From: an uncultured Chthoniobacterales bacterium
GTDB lineage: Bacteria; Verrucomicrobiota; Verrucomicrobiia; Chthoniobacterales; Terrimicrobiaceae
Length of the DNA: 64,000 nt
Direction of reading: 5' to 3'
Assembly (NCBI GenBank): GCA_964516295.1
Contig: CAZEYT010000004.1
Location: forward strand, 3,678 to 67,677
Part shown: piece after piece, positions 1-9,459 of the stretch
How the letters are laid out: each line of letters starts with the position of its first letter
Position numbering within the stretch: the first letter of the stretch is position 1
The notes under the pieces: generated by a model
What the model was told of the DNA's origin: nothing
The model's database searches: none
What the model saw: the letters and a program-made list of their open reading frames with translations, nothing else
Position numbers and translations under genes: made by a program

Positions 1-143
1 AACTTTTTTCAGATGCCATGGGAGCCACGGGGACGTATGAAGGAACCTACATCGGCATGATTGATCACAACATCACGACCATGACGCGCGCGTTGGGCGG
101 CAATGCTCCCGAGCGGGGCATGGCGGACCGGCTCTCGCCATGA
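1..143 (+). CDS. 3' end of a metal ABC transporter substrate-binding protein (partial, runs off the window start)
   Basis: Frame 3 reads LFSDAMGATGTYEGTYIGMIDHNITTMTRALGG. This matches the conserved C-terminal pattern of TroA/PsaA/MntC/ZnuA-type metal SBPs. Its TGA (141-143) overlaps the ATG of the next gene (ATGA). Confidence 0.6.
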   Translation, partial: LFSDAMGATGTYEGTYIGMIDHNITTMTRALGGNAPERGMADRLSP

Positions 144-910
144 ACGAGCCGCCCCTTCAGGTGCGGTCTCTGAATGTCGCCTACCAGCGCAAGTTGGTCC
201 TGTGGGATGTCGACCTCTCGATCCGTGCCGGAAAAACAACCGCGATTGTCGGACCGAACGGAGCCGGGAAAAGCACGTTGATCAAGGCCGCGCTCGGACT
301 CCTTCCGTCCGCATCGGGCGAGGTTCTATTTTTCGGCAGACCCTACCGCGAATCCCGACCTCGTGTCGCCTATGTGCCGCAGCGGGAAAGTGTCGACTGG
401 GATTTCCCGGTCAGCGCGCGGGATGTCGTGGCCATGGGACTGTATCGCCGGATCGGATGGTGCCTGCCCGTCCGGTCCAAACATCGCAAACTCGCCGAGG
501 ACGCGCTCGCGGACGTGGGTCTCGGCGATTTCGCCCGCCGACAAATCAGCCAGCTTTCCGGCGGACAGCAGCAGCGGGTTTTTCTGGCCCGCGCTCTCGC
601 GCAAAAGGCGGATCTTTATCTCATGGACGAGCCGTTCGCCAGTGTCGATGCGGCCACCGAGCAGGCGATTCTCGAAGTGCTCCGCCGTCTCCAGCAGGAA
701 GGCCGCACCGTGGCCTGTGTTCATCATGACCTCGACACCGTCTCGGAATACTTCGATGACGTGGTGCTTCTGAACATGCGCGTCGTGGCTTCGGGGGCCG
801 TCTCGGAGGTCTTCAACCGCGAAAATTTGCGAAAAACCTATGGCGCGCGCCTCGCGCTTCTGGATGAAGCCGTCGCTGATCTGTCGCGTCGAAGCGGTCC
901 CGTCCGCTGA
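140..910 (+). CDS. metal (Mn/Zn/Fe) ABC transporter ATP-binding protein (TroB/MntB/ZnuC-like)
   Basis: Walker A is GPNGAGKST, the signature is LSGGQQQRV and Walker B is LYLMDEP. The motif YVPQRESVDWDFPV is typical of the metal-uptake ATPase family. The gene sits in an operon with ABC-3 permeases. Confidence 0.9.
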   Translation: MNEPPLQVRSLNVAYQRKLVLWDVDLSIRAGKTTAIVGPNGAGKSTLIKAALGLLPSASGEVLFFGRPYRESRPRVAYVPQRESVDWDFPVSARDVVAMGLYRRIGWCLPVRSKHRKLAEDALADVGLGDFARRQISQLSGGQQQRVFLARALAQKADLYLMDEPFASVDAATEQAILEVLRRLQQEGRTVACVHHDLDTVSEYFDDVVLLNMRVVASGAVSEVFNRENLRKTYGARLALLDEAVADLSRRSGPVR

Positions 911-916
911 CCCGCC

Positions 917-2245
917 ATGGAAACTCTCTGGCGTCTCTTTTCCCTCCAGGATTACAACACCCGCATCGTCCTCGCCGGAGCCTGCGTGTTCGGGGCGGCT
1001 GCCGGGTTGGTGGGGACGTTTTTGCTCCTGCGCCGGAGGTCGCTTTTGGGGGATACCCTCGGCCATGCCACGCTTCCGGGGGTCGCCGCAGCCTTTCTGG
1101 TGGCCGAAGCGCTTGGCGCGGCGGGAAAATCGCTCCCGGTTCTTTTGACCGGAGCGGCCCTTTCCGGCATCGCGGGCATGGTCGCCGTGCTTCTCATCCG
1201 ACGCTTCAGCCACATCAAAGATGATGCGGCACTTGCCATCGTACTCAGCGTTTTCTTCGGAGCCGGCGTCACGCTCCTCACCGCCGTGCAACAACTCCCC
1301 GGTGGCAATGCGGCGGGATTGGATCATTTTATCTACGGAAAAACGGCGTCCATGACGGCGGCTGACGCCTGGTTCATTTTTCTCGCCTCACTTCTTGTGT
1401 TTGTGGTGTGCGTCGCGCTTTTCAAGGAATTTGCTCTCCTGTGTTTTGACGAAGGCTACGCCAACGCCGCCGGGTGGCCGGTCCGATGGCTGGATGTCGG
1501 TCTCATGGCACTGGTGGTCGTGGTCACGGTGGTGGGGCTTCAGGCCGTTGGTCTTTTGCTCGTGGTCGCCCTGCTCGTCATGCCCCCGGCGGCGGCGCGG
1601 TTTTGGAGCGACCGGCTCGGAGCGATGGCGGCGGTCGCAGCCCTTTTCGGCTTTCTCAGCGCAGGAGCCGGCGTCGCGGTGAGCGCCATCTGGCCGCGCA
1701 TGCCGACCGGGGCGCTCATTGTCCTCTGCGCCGCTGTGCTGTTCGGGATCAGTTTCATCTTCGGCAGTCGACGGGGCCTCTTGATCCGTTCGCAAAACGA
1801 CCGCCGCGCCTCCGCCACGCTCCGGAGAGAACACCTGCTCCGGGCCATCTACGAATGTGCCGAAATCCATGCCTTCCCTTCGGCCGAACAACCCGTCCCC
1901 CTCGCTCATCTCTTGGAAAAACGCCCGTGGAAAACCAAGGCCCTCGAGCGGGAAATCGAGCGTCAAGCAGATGCCGGTCTCGTAGCCACGTCGGTCTCGG
2001 GCGACCAAGTCCGCCTCACCGCCCGCGGGTTCGCCGAAGCACGACGTCTCGTTCGAAATCACCGTCTCTGGGAACTCTACCTTCTCCACCACGCCGATGT
2101 GGCCCCGGGCCGCGTGGATCGCGACGCCGATCTCATCGAACACGTCCTCGATCCCCGGCTCGTCGATGAGCTGGAGGATCTCCTCGACGCCAATCGACGC
2201 CAGACCTTTGTACCGCTCAATCCGGAAAAACTGTCGCCGCCATGA
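917..2245 (+). CDS. ABC-3 family metal permease (TroC/MntC-like) fused to a C-terminal DtxR/MntR-like regulator domain
   Basis: The N-terminal ~290 aa are polytopic membrane sequence typical of ABC-3 permeases. The C-terminal ~150 aa show a wHTH-like stretch (LRREHLLRAIYECAE ... AGLV ... VRLTARG) followed by RNHRLWELYLLHHADV...DADLIEHVL, a DtxR-type dimerisation/metal-site pattern. Confidence 0.85.
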   Translation: METLWRLFSLQDYNTRIVLAGACVFGAAAGLVGTFLLLRRRSLLGDTLGHATLPGVAAAFLVAEALGAAGKSLPVLLTGAALSGIAGMVAVLLIRRFSHIKDDAALAIVLSVFFGAGVTLLTAVQQLPGGNAAGLDHFIYGKTASMTAADAWFIFLASLLVFVVCVALFKEFALLCFDEGYANAAGWPVRWLDVGLMALVVVVTVVGLQAVGLLLVVALLVMPPAAARFWSDRLGAMAAVAALFGFLSAGAGVAVSAIWPRMPTGALIVLCAAVLFGISFIFGSRRGLLIRSQNDRRASATLRREHLLRAIYECAEIHAFPSAEQPVPLAHLLEKRPWKTKALEREIERQADAGLVATSVSGDQVRLTARGFAEARRLVRNHRLWELYLLHHADVAPGRVDRDADLIEHVLDPRLVDELEDLLDANRRQTFVPLNPEKLSPP

Positions 2246-3144
2246 TTTGGACCGAGATCGATACATGGATTGTTGTCACCGGTGCGCTTATCTCCATGGC
2301 CTGTGCCGTTCCGGGCGTTTTTCTCCTCCTCAACAAACAGAGCATGCTCGGCGATGCCATCAGCCACGCTGTCCTTCCGGGGCTCGCCATTGCATTTCTT
2401 ATCTCCGGGACGCGCGATCCCCTTCCAATGTTTGTCGGAGCGGTTGCCGCCGGACTGTTCACTGGCGTTCTCACCGAAATCATTCACCGGCGCGGACGCG
2501 TCGACTCGGGAGCCGCCCTCGGCGTCGTCTTTTGCAGCCTGTTTGCGCTCGGTCTGGTGCTCATCCGCCTCGCGGCGGATCGTGTGGATCTCGATCCGAA
2601 TTGCGTGCTCTATGGCTCCATCGAAACGGCCGTCATTGATTCCGGTCTCGTTCCGCGCATCGCCTGGCTTTCCGGCGGCATGCTCGCTGCCAACCTTCTC
2701 CTCGCCGGGCTTTTCTACAAAGAACTGCGGATCTCGGCTTTCGATCCCGCGCTCTCCACGTCGCTCGGAATCCCCGCTCGTTGGATGCAACACGGACTCA
2801 CCATCGTCACGGCCATGACGACCGTCGTGGCTTTCGAAAGCGTCGGCAGCATTCTCGTCATCGCCATGCTGATCGTCCCCGGTGCCACGGCGCTGCTCCT
2901 CAGCCACCGGCTTAGCATTGTGCTTGCCCTCAGCCTCGCCGTAGCCGCCGGCTCGGCGGGACTCGGACACCTCGCAGCGATCTCGCTCGTCCCCGGCTTC
3001 CTGGCAGGCATCCTCGGAATTCCATCGCTGGGAGCTGTCAGCTCGGCAGGCATGATGGCCGCCTTCTCCGGAATCGCGTTCTTTGTCGTTCTCGCCGTGG
3101 TGAGCCTCGCCAGTCGTCGCGAATCCAAACCCGACGAGACCTGA
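2242..3144 (+). CDS. ABC-3 family metal permease (TroD/MntD-like)
   Basis: It is a 300-aa polytopic membrane protein and a paralog of the N-terminal part of the preceding ORF. Its start overlaps the upstream stop (ATGA). Confidence 0.9.
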   Translation: MIWTEIDTWIVVTGALISMACAVPGVFLLLNKQSMLGDAISHAVLPGLAIAFLISGTRDPLPMFVGAVAAGLFTGVLTEIIHRRGRVDSGAALGVVFCSLFALGLVLIRLAADRVDLDPNCVLYGSIETAVIDSGLVPRIAWLSGGMLAANLLLAGLFYKELRISAFDPALSTSLGIPARWMQHGLTIVTAMTTVVAFESVGSILVIAMLIVPGATALLLSHRLSIVLALSLAVAAGSAGLGHLAAISLVPGFLAGILGIPSLGAVSSAGMMAAFSGIAFFVVLAVVSLASRRESKPDET

Positions 3145-3145
3145 T

Positions 3146-3919
3146 TCAGGCGCGAACCGCCTCAACGCGCTCAACGTCGCGGAGAACCGCTCCTTCGCCC
3201 GGGTGGATGAGTTCCATCCGCCCATCGTAATGCTCAACGATGGCCGAGCACGATTCCACCCAATCCCCCGTATTGAAATACTCGGTGCCATCGATGGTCC
3301 GGACCGACGCGGTATGAATGTGTCCGCAGAGCACGCCGTCCACATCGTATTCCCGTGCATAGCGCACCACGGATTCCTCGAACTGGCCGATAAAGCTCAC
3401 CACGTTTTTGACCTCGGCTTTCACGTAGGCGCTGAGCGACCACGGTTTGAAACCGAGCGCCCGCCGTGCAAAATTCACCACGCCATTGCACCGCAAAAGC
3501 AACGTATACCCGATATCTCCGACATGCGCGAGCCAACCGAGATTTTGAACCACCGTGTCCAGCTCGTGACCGTGCATTACCAGAATCCGCCTTCCATCGG
3601 CCGTGGTATGAATGGCGTTCTCCTGAAGGCTCACACTGGCATACGCCCCAAGAAATCCCGCGAGAAACTCGTCATGGTTTCCCGGAATGTAAATCACCTC
3701 CGTGCCCTTGCGTCCCTTGCGCAGAATTTTCTGGATCACGTCGTTGTGCTCCTGCGGCCAGAAGATCCCGCGCCGCAGAGCCCAGATGTCAACGAGATCG
3801 CCGACGAGATAAAGCGTCTCAAATTCCGCCTCTTTCAGAAATTCGAGCAAGGCGGCGGCCTGGCTTCCCCTCGTGCCGAGGTGAACGTCCGAGATCCATC
3901 CGGTTCGATAGTATTTCAT
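3146..3919 (-). CDS. UDP-2,3-diacylglucosamine diphosphatase-family metallophosphoesterase (LpxH-like)
   Basis: Calcineurin-like phosphoesterase motifs are present: ISDVHLG, LVGDLVD, GNHDEF and MHGHE. The motif WPQEHNDVIQKILRKGRKGTEVIYIPGNHDE is typical of this LpxH-related subfamily. Confidence 0.75.
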   Translation of the reverse strand: MKYYRTGWISDVHLGTRGSQAAALLEFLKEAEFETLYLVGDLVDIWALRRGIFWPQEHNDVIQKILRKGRKGTEVIYIPGNHDEFLAGFLGAYASVSLQENAIHTTADGRRILVMHGHELDTVVQNLGWLAHVGDIGYTLLLRCNGVVNFARRALGFKPWSLSAYVKAEVKNVVSFIGQFEESVVRYAREYDVDGVLCGHIHTASVRTIDGTEYFNTGDWVESCSAIVEHYDGRMELIHPGEGAVLRDVERVEAVRA

Positions 3920-4040
3920 CTGGTTTTTTCACAAGTTATTCACCGCAGGCAGATCGTTGAAAAATGGGAAAATGTGACGATTTCGACACATTCCAACAGG
4001 CTTGCCTTGGACAGCAAATTCGCCACGATGTCCGACCTTC

Positions 4041-4586
4041 ATGAGTGACGCTCCCGTTGAACCCCAGTGGTATTGCATCAAATGTCGCCCCCGCCAGGAG
4101 CAGGTGGCACGCCGCTGGCTGGCCAAGGAAGGCCTCGTCGAGGTCTTCTGCCCCTTGGTTCGCTTTGAGCGCGCCCGCGCCTCCGGAAAAGTTCGCGTCA
4201 CCGAGGCGATGTTTCCCGGCTACCTTTTCGGCCGCTTCCACTTTGCCGAGCTCCACCGCCAGGTCCGCGCCGCCAATGGCGTTTCGACCATCGTGTCCTT
4301 CGGCGGCGAACCCGCCATCGTCGCTCCCGAGATCATCACAGAACTCCGCGCCATGGTCTCCAGCGGCGAACTTGTGGAGATTCCCGCCACGATTCAGCCG
4401 GGCGAGGAAGTCAGCGTTATTGAAGGACCGTTCTGCGGCATCCGGGCCGTTGTCACCCAGGTCCTCCCGGCCCGCGCCCGCGTGAAGGTTCTCCTCGAAC
4501 TCCTCGGCATCGAACGCGAAGTCGAAATCTCCGAATCCTCCGTCCTCCCCGACTTCGACCATCCGCTCGTCCACAAGGCCGATTGA
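4041..4586 (+). CDS. NusG-like transcription antiterminator paralog (RfaH/UpxY-like)
   Basis: The NGN-domain pattern is WYCIKCRPRQEQVARRWL...VFCPL...MFPGYLF. The C-terminal KOW-like pattern is GEEVSVIEGPFCGIRAVV. The start was placed at the ATG at 4041 (MSDAP). Confidence 0.7.
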   Translation: MSDAPVEPQWYCIKCRPRQEQVARRWLAKEGLVEVFCPLVRFERARASGKVRVTEAMFPGYLFGRFHFAELHRQVRAANGVSTIVSFGGEPAIVAPEIITELRAMVSSGELVEIPATIQPGEEVSVIEGPFCGIRAVVTQVLPARARVKVLLELLGIEREVEISESSVLPDFDHPLVHKAD

Positions 4587-4608
4587 CGAAAACAATCACG
4601 TCGGCAAA

Positions 4609-5136
4609 ATGCTGACCATGCCGATCTACGAATTCTACTCGCCGGATACGAACAAGATCTACTCGTTCTTCGCCCGCAGCATCTCGCAGGGGCAAAAAAC
4701 GCCCCGCTGCCCGGATCGCGACGGGGCCCGCATGGAGCGCGTCGTCTCGCGATTCGCGGTGACCGGCCGCGCCCGCGAAAAATCCGAACCCGTACCGGAC
4801 GCCGACCCGCGCATGGACCGCGTTATGGCGGAAATGGAACGCGAAATGTCGGGGCTCGACGATGCCAATCCCGACCCCCGCGCCCTCGCCCGCATGATGC
4901 GGCGGATGACCGAGGCCACCGGACAAAAAGTCCCGGGCGAGATGGAACAAATGCTCCGCCGTCTCGAGGCAGGCGAAGATCCCGAGAAACTCGAAGAGGA
5001 ATTTGGAGACGTCATGGAAAATATGGACCTCCCCGACGACGACCAACCCGCCGACGGTTCCGACGGCGGCCCGCGCGTTCGACACCGCGCCCCGCAGCGC
5101 GACCCGGCCCTCTACGAAATGGCCGATTTCATCTGA
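4609..5136 (+). CDS. hypothetical protein with a degenerate FmdB-like N-terminus and an acidic C-terminal half
   Basis: MPIYEFYSP...PRCP...RVVSRF resembles the FmdB/zinc-ribbon regulatory family, but most Cys ligands are missing. Codon usage looks coding. The 3' end overlaps the convergent exosortase gene by ~25 nt. Confidence 0.5.
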   Translation: MLTMPIYEFYSPDTNKIYSFFARSISQGQKTPRCPDRDGARMERVVSRFAVTGRAREKSEPVPDADPRMDRVMAEMEREMSGLDDANPDPRALARMMRRMTEATGQKVPGEMEQMLRRLEAGEDPEKLEEEFGDVMENMDLPDDDQPADGSDGGPRVRHRAPQRDPALYEMADFI

Positions 5137-5996
5137 AGGACCGGCCGTGGCCGCTCCGGGAGCCCCGAGACCAGCCACCAGATAAAGATCAGCGTCCCGA
5201 GGAAGAGAGCGATCCCCACCACCTCGTGCATCACCAAGTAACCTCCGGGTCCCGCCACCGGCGCAAGCGCCACGATGACAAGAATGCGCAGCGCATTCGA
5301 AAACAAGCCGACCAACGGAGCCAGGACGATCACGAGAACCTTGTCGAGAAGCCGTAGCTTTCGACTGAACGCCAGCAGCAGACCAAGGAGCATGCTACTG
5401 CTCGTGATTCCAAAACCATTGCATTCCGGCGCAACCTCAAAAGGCCGCCCCCCGGAGACAAGAATCAGCCGCGCCGGATCGCCGACAAACGCCAACTCGG
5501 ATTTCGACCCGAAGAGGTCCAGCAATTGCGCGGAGGCCTGACCAGCAAAAACCCGCATCGGCAGGTCGGCCAGCGGAAAGATAATGGCCAGCACCGTGAA
5601 TCCCGAAAACGCAATCGCCAGCCCGGTCGCCGGCCCGGTCACATCGTGTCCGAACATAAAAAGCAAAATCGCGCCGGCCAGAAGCCCCAAGGCGATCACC
5701 AACAAAAGAGGCTGGTGGAAAAAACTCCCGAGCCCGGCAATCACGCAAGCAACCCCCAAGAAACAAAGCGACCGCTCGTCGAATCTCAAAGCCCACCGCG
5801 CCGCCGCAGGACGCTCGCGCAGCAGAAAAATCACGCCGAACATCAACACCACCGCCGCGTCTCTCACCTGATCCCTCGTCGCCGCTACCGTTCCAAGCCA
5901 GAAAAGACTCGGGGCAAACACCGCGAGGACAACCGCCCAAACGAAGATGTGGGTCAGATGCTGCCGGAGCGACAGCGGCAAAGGTTCATACTTCAT
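5112..5996 (-). CDS. exosortase/archaeosortase-family transpeptidase
   Basis: It is a polytopic membrane protein with the catalytic-type motifs PECNGF (Cys), SNALRI (Arg) and MHEVVG (His), in the order expected for exosortases. The start was placed at the ATG at 5996 (MKYEPLPL). Confidence 0.7.
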   Translation of the reverse strand: MKYEPLPLSLRQHLTHIFVWAVVLAVFAPSLFWLGTVAATRDQVRDAAVVLMFGVIFLLRERPAAARWALRFDERSLCFLGVACVIAGLGSFFHQPLLLVIALGLLAGAILLFMFGHDVTGPATGLAIAFSGFTVLAIIFPLADLPMRVFAGQASAQLLDLFGSKSELAFVGDPARLILVSGGRPFEVAPECNGFGITSSSMLLGLLLAFSRKLRLLDKVLVIVLAPLVGLFSNALRILVIVALAPVAGPGGYLVMHEVVGIALFLGTLIFIWWLVSGLPERPRPVLQMKSAIS

Positions 5997-6053
5997 GGAC
6001 GACCCCAAGACCCTATCACACCTGCCCGCGAAGCCAATCCTCCCGCAGGACAA

Positions 6054-7586
6054 TCACGAGAGCCAGGCCAGAAACTCCGCGGCCTCTCGCCGGATCGCCT
6101 CACGCTCGGCCTCGGGACGCTTGCGCCACGCATTTACCATCATCGATGTCCGCGGATTCTTCGCAAATTTTTCGTCATGCCGGTCGTAAAAATCCCAATA
6201 CAGCAAATTGAACGGACAGCACCCCTCGCCGGATTTCTTCTTCGGATCATACCGGCAGCCGGAGCAGTAATTCGACATCTTCGAAATGTAAGCCGCCGAT
6301 CCGGCATACGGCTTGGTCGCCACAAAGCCGCCATCCGCATGCAGCGCCATCCCGAGAACATTGGCCGCCATCACCCAATCAAAACCATCAATATAAAGAT
6401 CCGTAAACCACCGCAACGCCTCCTGCGGTCGAATGCCCGCCAAGAGAATAAAATTCCCCAAAATCATCAACCGCTGAATATGATGATTATAAGCCGTCGC
6501 GTGAACTTCCCCGATCACCGTCCGCAGACAGTTCATCGACGTCTCGCCCGTCCGGAAAAAATCCGGCAGGGGACGCGTGGCTTCGAGCGCGTTCACCGCG
6601 GCGTATTCGGGCATCCGCATCCAGTAAACCCCATTCACAAACTCCCGCCAGCCGAGGATCTGACGGACAAAGCCCTCGACCGCCGCGAGCGGAGCCCGTC
6701 CCGCCCGCCACGCCGAGATCGCCGCCTCCAGGCACTCCCGCGGCTCCAGAAGTCCGATATTCAGCGGGCCGGAAATCCAACTGTGAAACATGCCGGGCGA
6801 ATCCTGCAGCATGAGATCCTGATAATCCCCAAACCGAACCAAACGCATCTCGACAAACTCCCGCAGGACCTCGAGCGCTCCTTCGCGCGTCACGGGCAGC
6901 GAGAACTCTTCCACTCGACCGGGATTCTTCTCAAAAACCGTCCCGACCTCCCGCAGAACCTCCCGCGTGATCTTGTCGGGCGGAAACGCTGCGCGTTCCG
7001 GAGGCCGTGGCGCGCCATCGCGCTTCCAATCCGTCAGGGTCCGGCGGTTGTCATGGTCAAAATTCCAAGCTCCTCCCTCGGGCGAGCCGTCCGGGGAAAT
7101 CAAAATCCCCAGCCGCTGCCGCGCGAGTCGGTAGTGATTTTCCATCAGGAGACGTTTGCGATTCCCGGCGAATGCCGCGAATTCGGATCGCGAGACCAAA
7201 AACTGGCACGTCTCAAACTCCCGCAAAGTCATCCCCTGCCCCGCGGCTGTCTTTCGAACCATTTCCCGCTCGGCATAGTTGTTCGGCTCCATCACCCAGA
7301 GTTCCGTCGACGAGAATCGCGCCCGGTGCGTCTTCCACGCGCCGGCAATGTCCTCATTGTCGCCCAGCCCGTAATAATCCACCGTCCATCCGGCCTCCCG
7401 CAGACGCGCCGCAAAATGGCGCATCGCCGCGAAGAGAAGAACGAGCTTGATCTTGTGGAACCTCGCATATCCGCCGCCACGCCGGGGCTCGATCATCAGC
7501 ACCACATCCCTCGCCGGGTCGGCGGCCGCGAGTGCCGTGTGGGCGAGGGTGAGTTGATCTCCAAGGATCCAGATCGTTCGAGCCAT
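6054..7586 (-). CDS. cryptochrome/photolyase-family protein, FeS-cluster type (CryB/PhrB-like (6-4) photolyase family)
   Basis: The N-terminus is MARTIWILGDQLT...FHKIKLVLLFAAMRHF. The C-terminus has a Cys cluster (SNYCSGCRYDP...GCCPFN) typical of 4Fe-4S bacterial cryptochrome/photolyases. The ATG at 7586 is preferred over the TTG at 7631. Confidence 0.85.
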   Translation of the reverse strand: MARTIWILGDQLTLAHTALAAADPARDVVLMIEPRRGGGYARFHKIKLVLLFAAMRHFAARLREAGWTVDYYGLGDNEDIAGAWKTHRARFSSTELWVMEPNNYAEREMVRKTAAGQGMTLREFETCQFLVSRSEFAAFAGNRKRLLMENHYRLARQRLGILISPDGSPEGGAWNFDHDNRRTLTDWKRDGAPRPPERAAFPPDKITREVLREVGTVFEKNPGRVEEFSLPVTREGALEVLREFVEMRLVRFGDYQDLMLQDSPGMFHSWISGPLNIGLLEPRECLEAAISAWRAGRAPLAAVEGFVRQILGWREFVNGVYWMRMPEYAAVNALEATRPLPDFFRTGETSMNCLRTVIGEVHATAYNHHIQRLMILGNFILLAGIRPQEALRWFTDLYIDGFDWVMAANVLGMALHADGGFVATKPYAGSAAYISKMSNYCSGCRYDPKKKSGEGCCPFNLLYWDFYDRHDEKFAKNPRTSMMVNAWRKRPEAEREAIRREAAEFLAWLS

Positions 7587-7627
7587 ATTCGGTTTACGCT
7601 CCCCCTTCGGCAGCGGGTGCGGGCGCT

Positions 7628-8945
7628 TCAACCCACAATCTTCGCCGCCATCGCCAGCGCTTCATCCACATCCGCCGCCACATGCCCGGGCCCGAGATGG
7701 TCCAGAAACCCGGCCTGCGTCATCATGAAAAACGGCGGCGTGTGCGCCCCACAGATAATCACATGCCCGTGGTGGGCCCGAATTTTCTCCACAAGCATCT
7801 CCAGTGCATTCAGCGCCGTCGTGTCCATCGACGTGACCGACCGCATCCGGAGAATCACCACTTTCGGCCGCACATTCGCCCCGATCAGCGCATCCTCCAA
7901 CTTGTCCGCGGCTCCGAACGAAAATGGACCGGCGATGCGATAAACCGTTACACCCGGCGGGATGGGCTTGCCGACAATCGAATGGCGATCTACCTCGTCT
8001 TCGTTGGCCTCGGTCACGCGCGAAACGACCGTGGTATCCGTGACCCGCTTGATGAAGAGCACCGCCGCCAGCAACATGCCGATCTCCACCGCCACCGTGA
8101 GATCGAACACGATGGTCAGGGAAAACGTCGCCAGAAAAACCGCCGCGTCCGCCCGCGGAATTTTGCCCAACCGCAGGAACTCCCGCCACTCGCCCATCCT
8201 CAAAGCCACCGCGACCAAGATCGCGCTCAGCACCGCAAGCGGCACAAACTTCGCCAACGGTGCCGCGACCAGCACGATTGCCAGAAGCGTGGCGGCGTGC
8301 AGGATTCCGGAAATCGGCGAAACCCCGCCGGCCTCGATGTTTGCCGCCGTTCGCGCAATCGCACCCATGGCCGGTATCCTCCCGAAGAGCGGCGTCACCA
8401 AATTTGCCAGCCCCTGCCCGACCAGCTCCGTGTTGGCCTCGTGACGGTCCCCCGTGATCCCATCCGCCACCACCGCACAAAGAAGCGACTCGATGGCCGC
8501 GAGCAACGCGATTGTGACCGCAGGCGGAAACATTTCCGTCACCGTCGCCAAATCCATCGCCGGCCAGCCCGGCATCGGAAACCCCGAGGGAATCCCCCCG
8601 AAAGCCGAGCAGATCGTCGCCGCCGGCCAGCATCGTGCAGACCAGCAGCTTCTCCACACCATACGTCTGAATGATCCCATACACGATCACCACAAACGCC
8701 CCGGTCGGCCCGCCCACACACAGCCGCGTGCCACCGAAAAACGAGATGAGAAATCCCGCCACGACTCCCGTATAGATCCCCTGCTGCGGCGTCACGCCCG
8801 ACGCAATGCCAAACGCCATCGCCAGCGGCAGCGCGATCACCCCCAGCGTCAACCCCGCCCCCAGATCGCGAAGGAATTTCTGCCCGTTATACTCCCGCAG
8901 AGCCGTGAACAAATACGGCAGGGCATACAGGCGCTCCTTTTTCAA
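7628..8945 (-). pseudogene. SulP-family anion transporter with STAS domain, disrupted by a frame change and an apparent internal deletion
   Basis: The SulP N-terminus (MKKERLYALPYLFTALREYNGQKFLRDLGAGLTLGVIALPLAMAFG...) is in one frame down to ~8620. The rest (GIPSGFPMPG...AAIESLLCAVVADGITGDRHEANTELVGQGLANL... plus the STAS domain) is in another frame. The combined length is only ~439 codons. Confidence 0.6.
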
Positions 8946-9459
8946 TGCTCCCGTTTTACCCCGCCCCCACTGGAAAACAATGACCTATCTCACATCGCAC
9001 CTCGATCAGCCCGCAACCCATGACCGCCATGGCAGCCGTGGATCGACATGTCCATCAAAGCATCATTCTTGAGTTCGCAGGCGAGAGCCAGCGAGTTCCC
9101 AAAACCTGGAGCGGCAAAACCGTGGCCTGACCGTTCCACCCCCCCGGCGGCGCCCGCGCTGATCGGGCTTCCGGCTGGGCTTTGCGGCTACGCCGCACGG
9201 GCTCCTCACGGAGCCCGCCGCCCAACCTCCAGCCCGATCAGCACACCCCATGCGCTACCACCAAAAAATGGCCACACGAATCCACAAACAAAAAAACAAC
9301 AAAACCAAACCAATTGCCCACCATCATGCCGCTTTGCCTATGGGGAAAAACAACTGTCGCTGGATGGGGAATGTTAATGGTCGCTGGACAGCCCCATTTT
9401 CTCACTGGGCGATCCAGCGGCGAGGGAGCAGTCGAAAAACGTGCGCCTTCTGCTGCGGC

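Noticed and set aside
326-1327. Long alternative-frame and antisense ORFs that overlap well-supported genes. Examples are 326-1327, 1388-2266, 2077-3360, 5526-7943, 18718-20160, 26890-29034, 44658-46469, 48884-51466, 53657-55258 and 55404-56831.
   Set aside because: Their translations are Arg/Gly/Pro/His-rich low-complexity sequence typical of out-of-frame reading in high-GC DNA. Each lies opposite or offset to an ORF with clear family motifs, and none shows a recognisable domain.
7587-7631. A TTG start at 7631 for the photolyase-family gene, which would overlap the SulP stop.
   Set aside because: The ATG at 7586 begins the conserved family N-terminus (MARTIWILGDQL). The 15 extra residues have no counterpart that I recognise.
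7662-8945. The 427-aa ORF read as an intact protein.
   Set aside because: Only the first ~108 residues look like SulP. The remainder is Gly/Arg-rich out-of-frame translation of the region whose true frame is the 7628-8680 ORF. The locus is treated instead as one disrupted SulP gene.
9000-9459. The 460-nt intergenic region with an A/C-rich low-complexity tract (9280-9320), considered as a possible riboswitch, SRP RNA or 6S-like RNA upstream of SulP.
   Set aside because: I could not find conserved SRP, 6S or riboswitch core motifs, or convincing nested helices. It is most simply a spacer or promoter region of a decaying gene.
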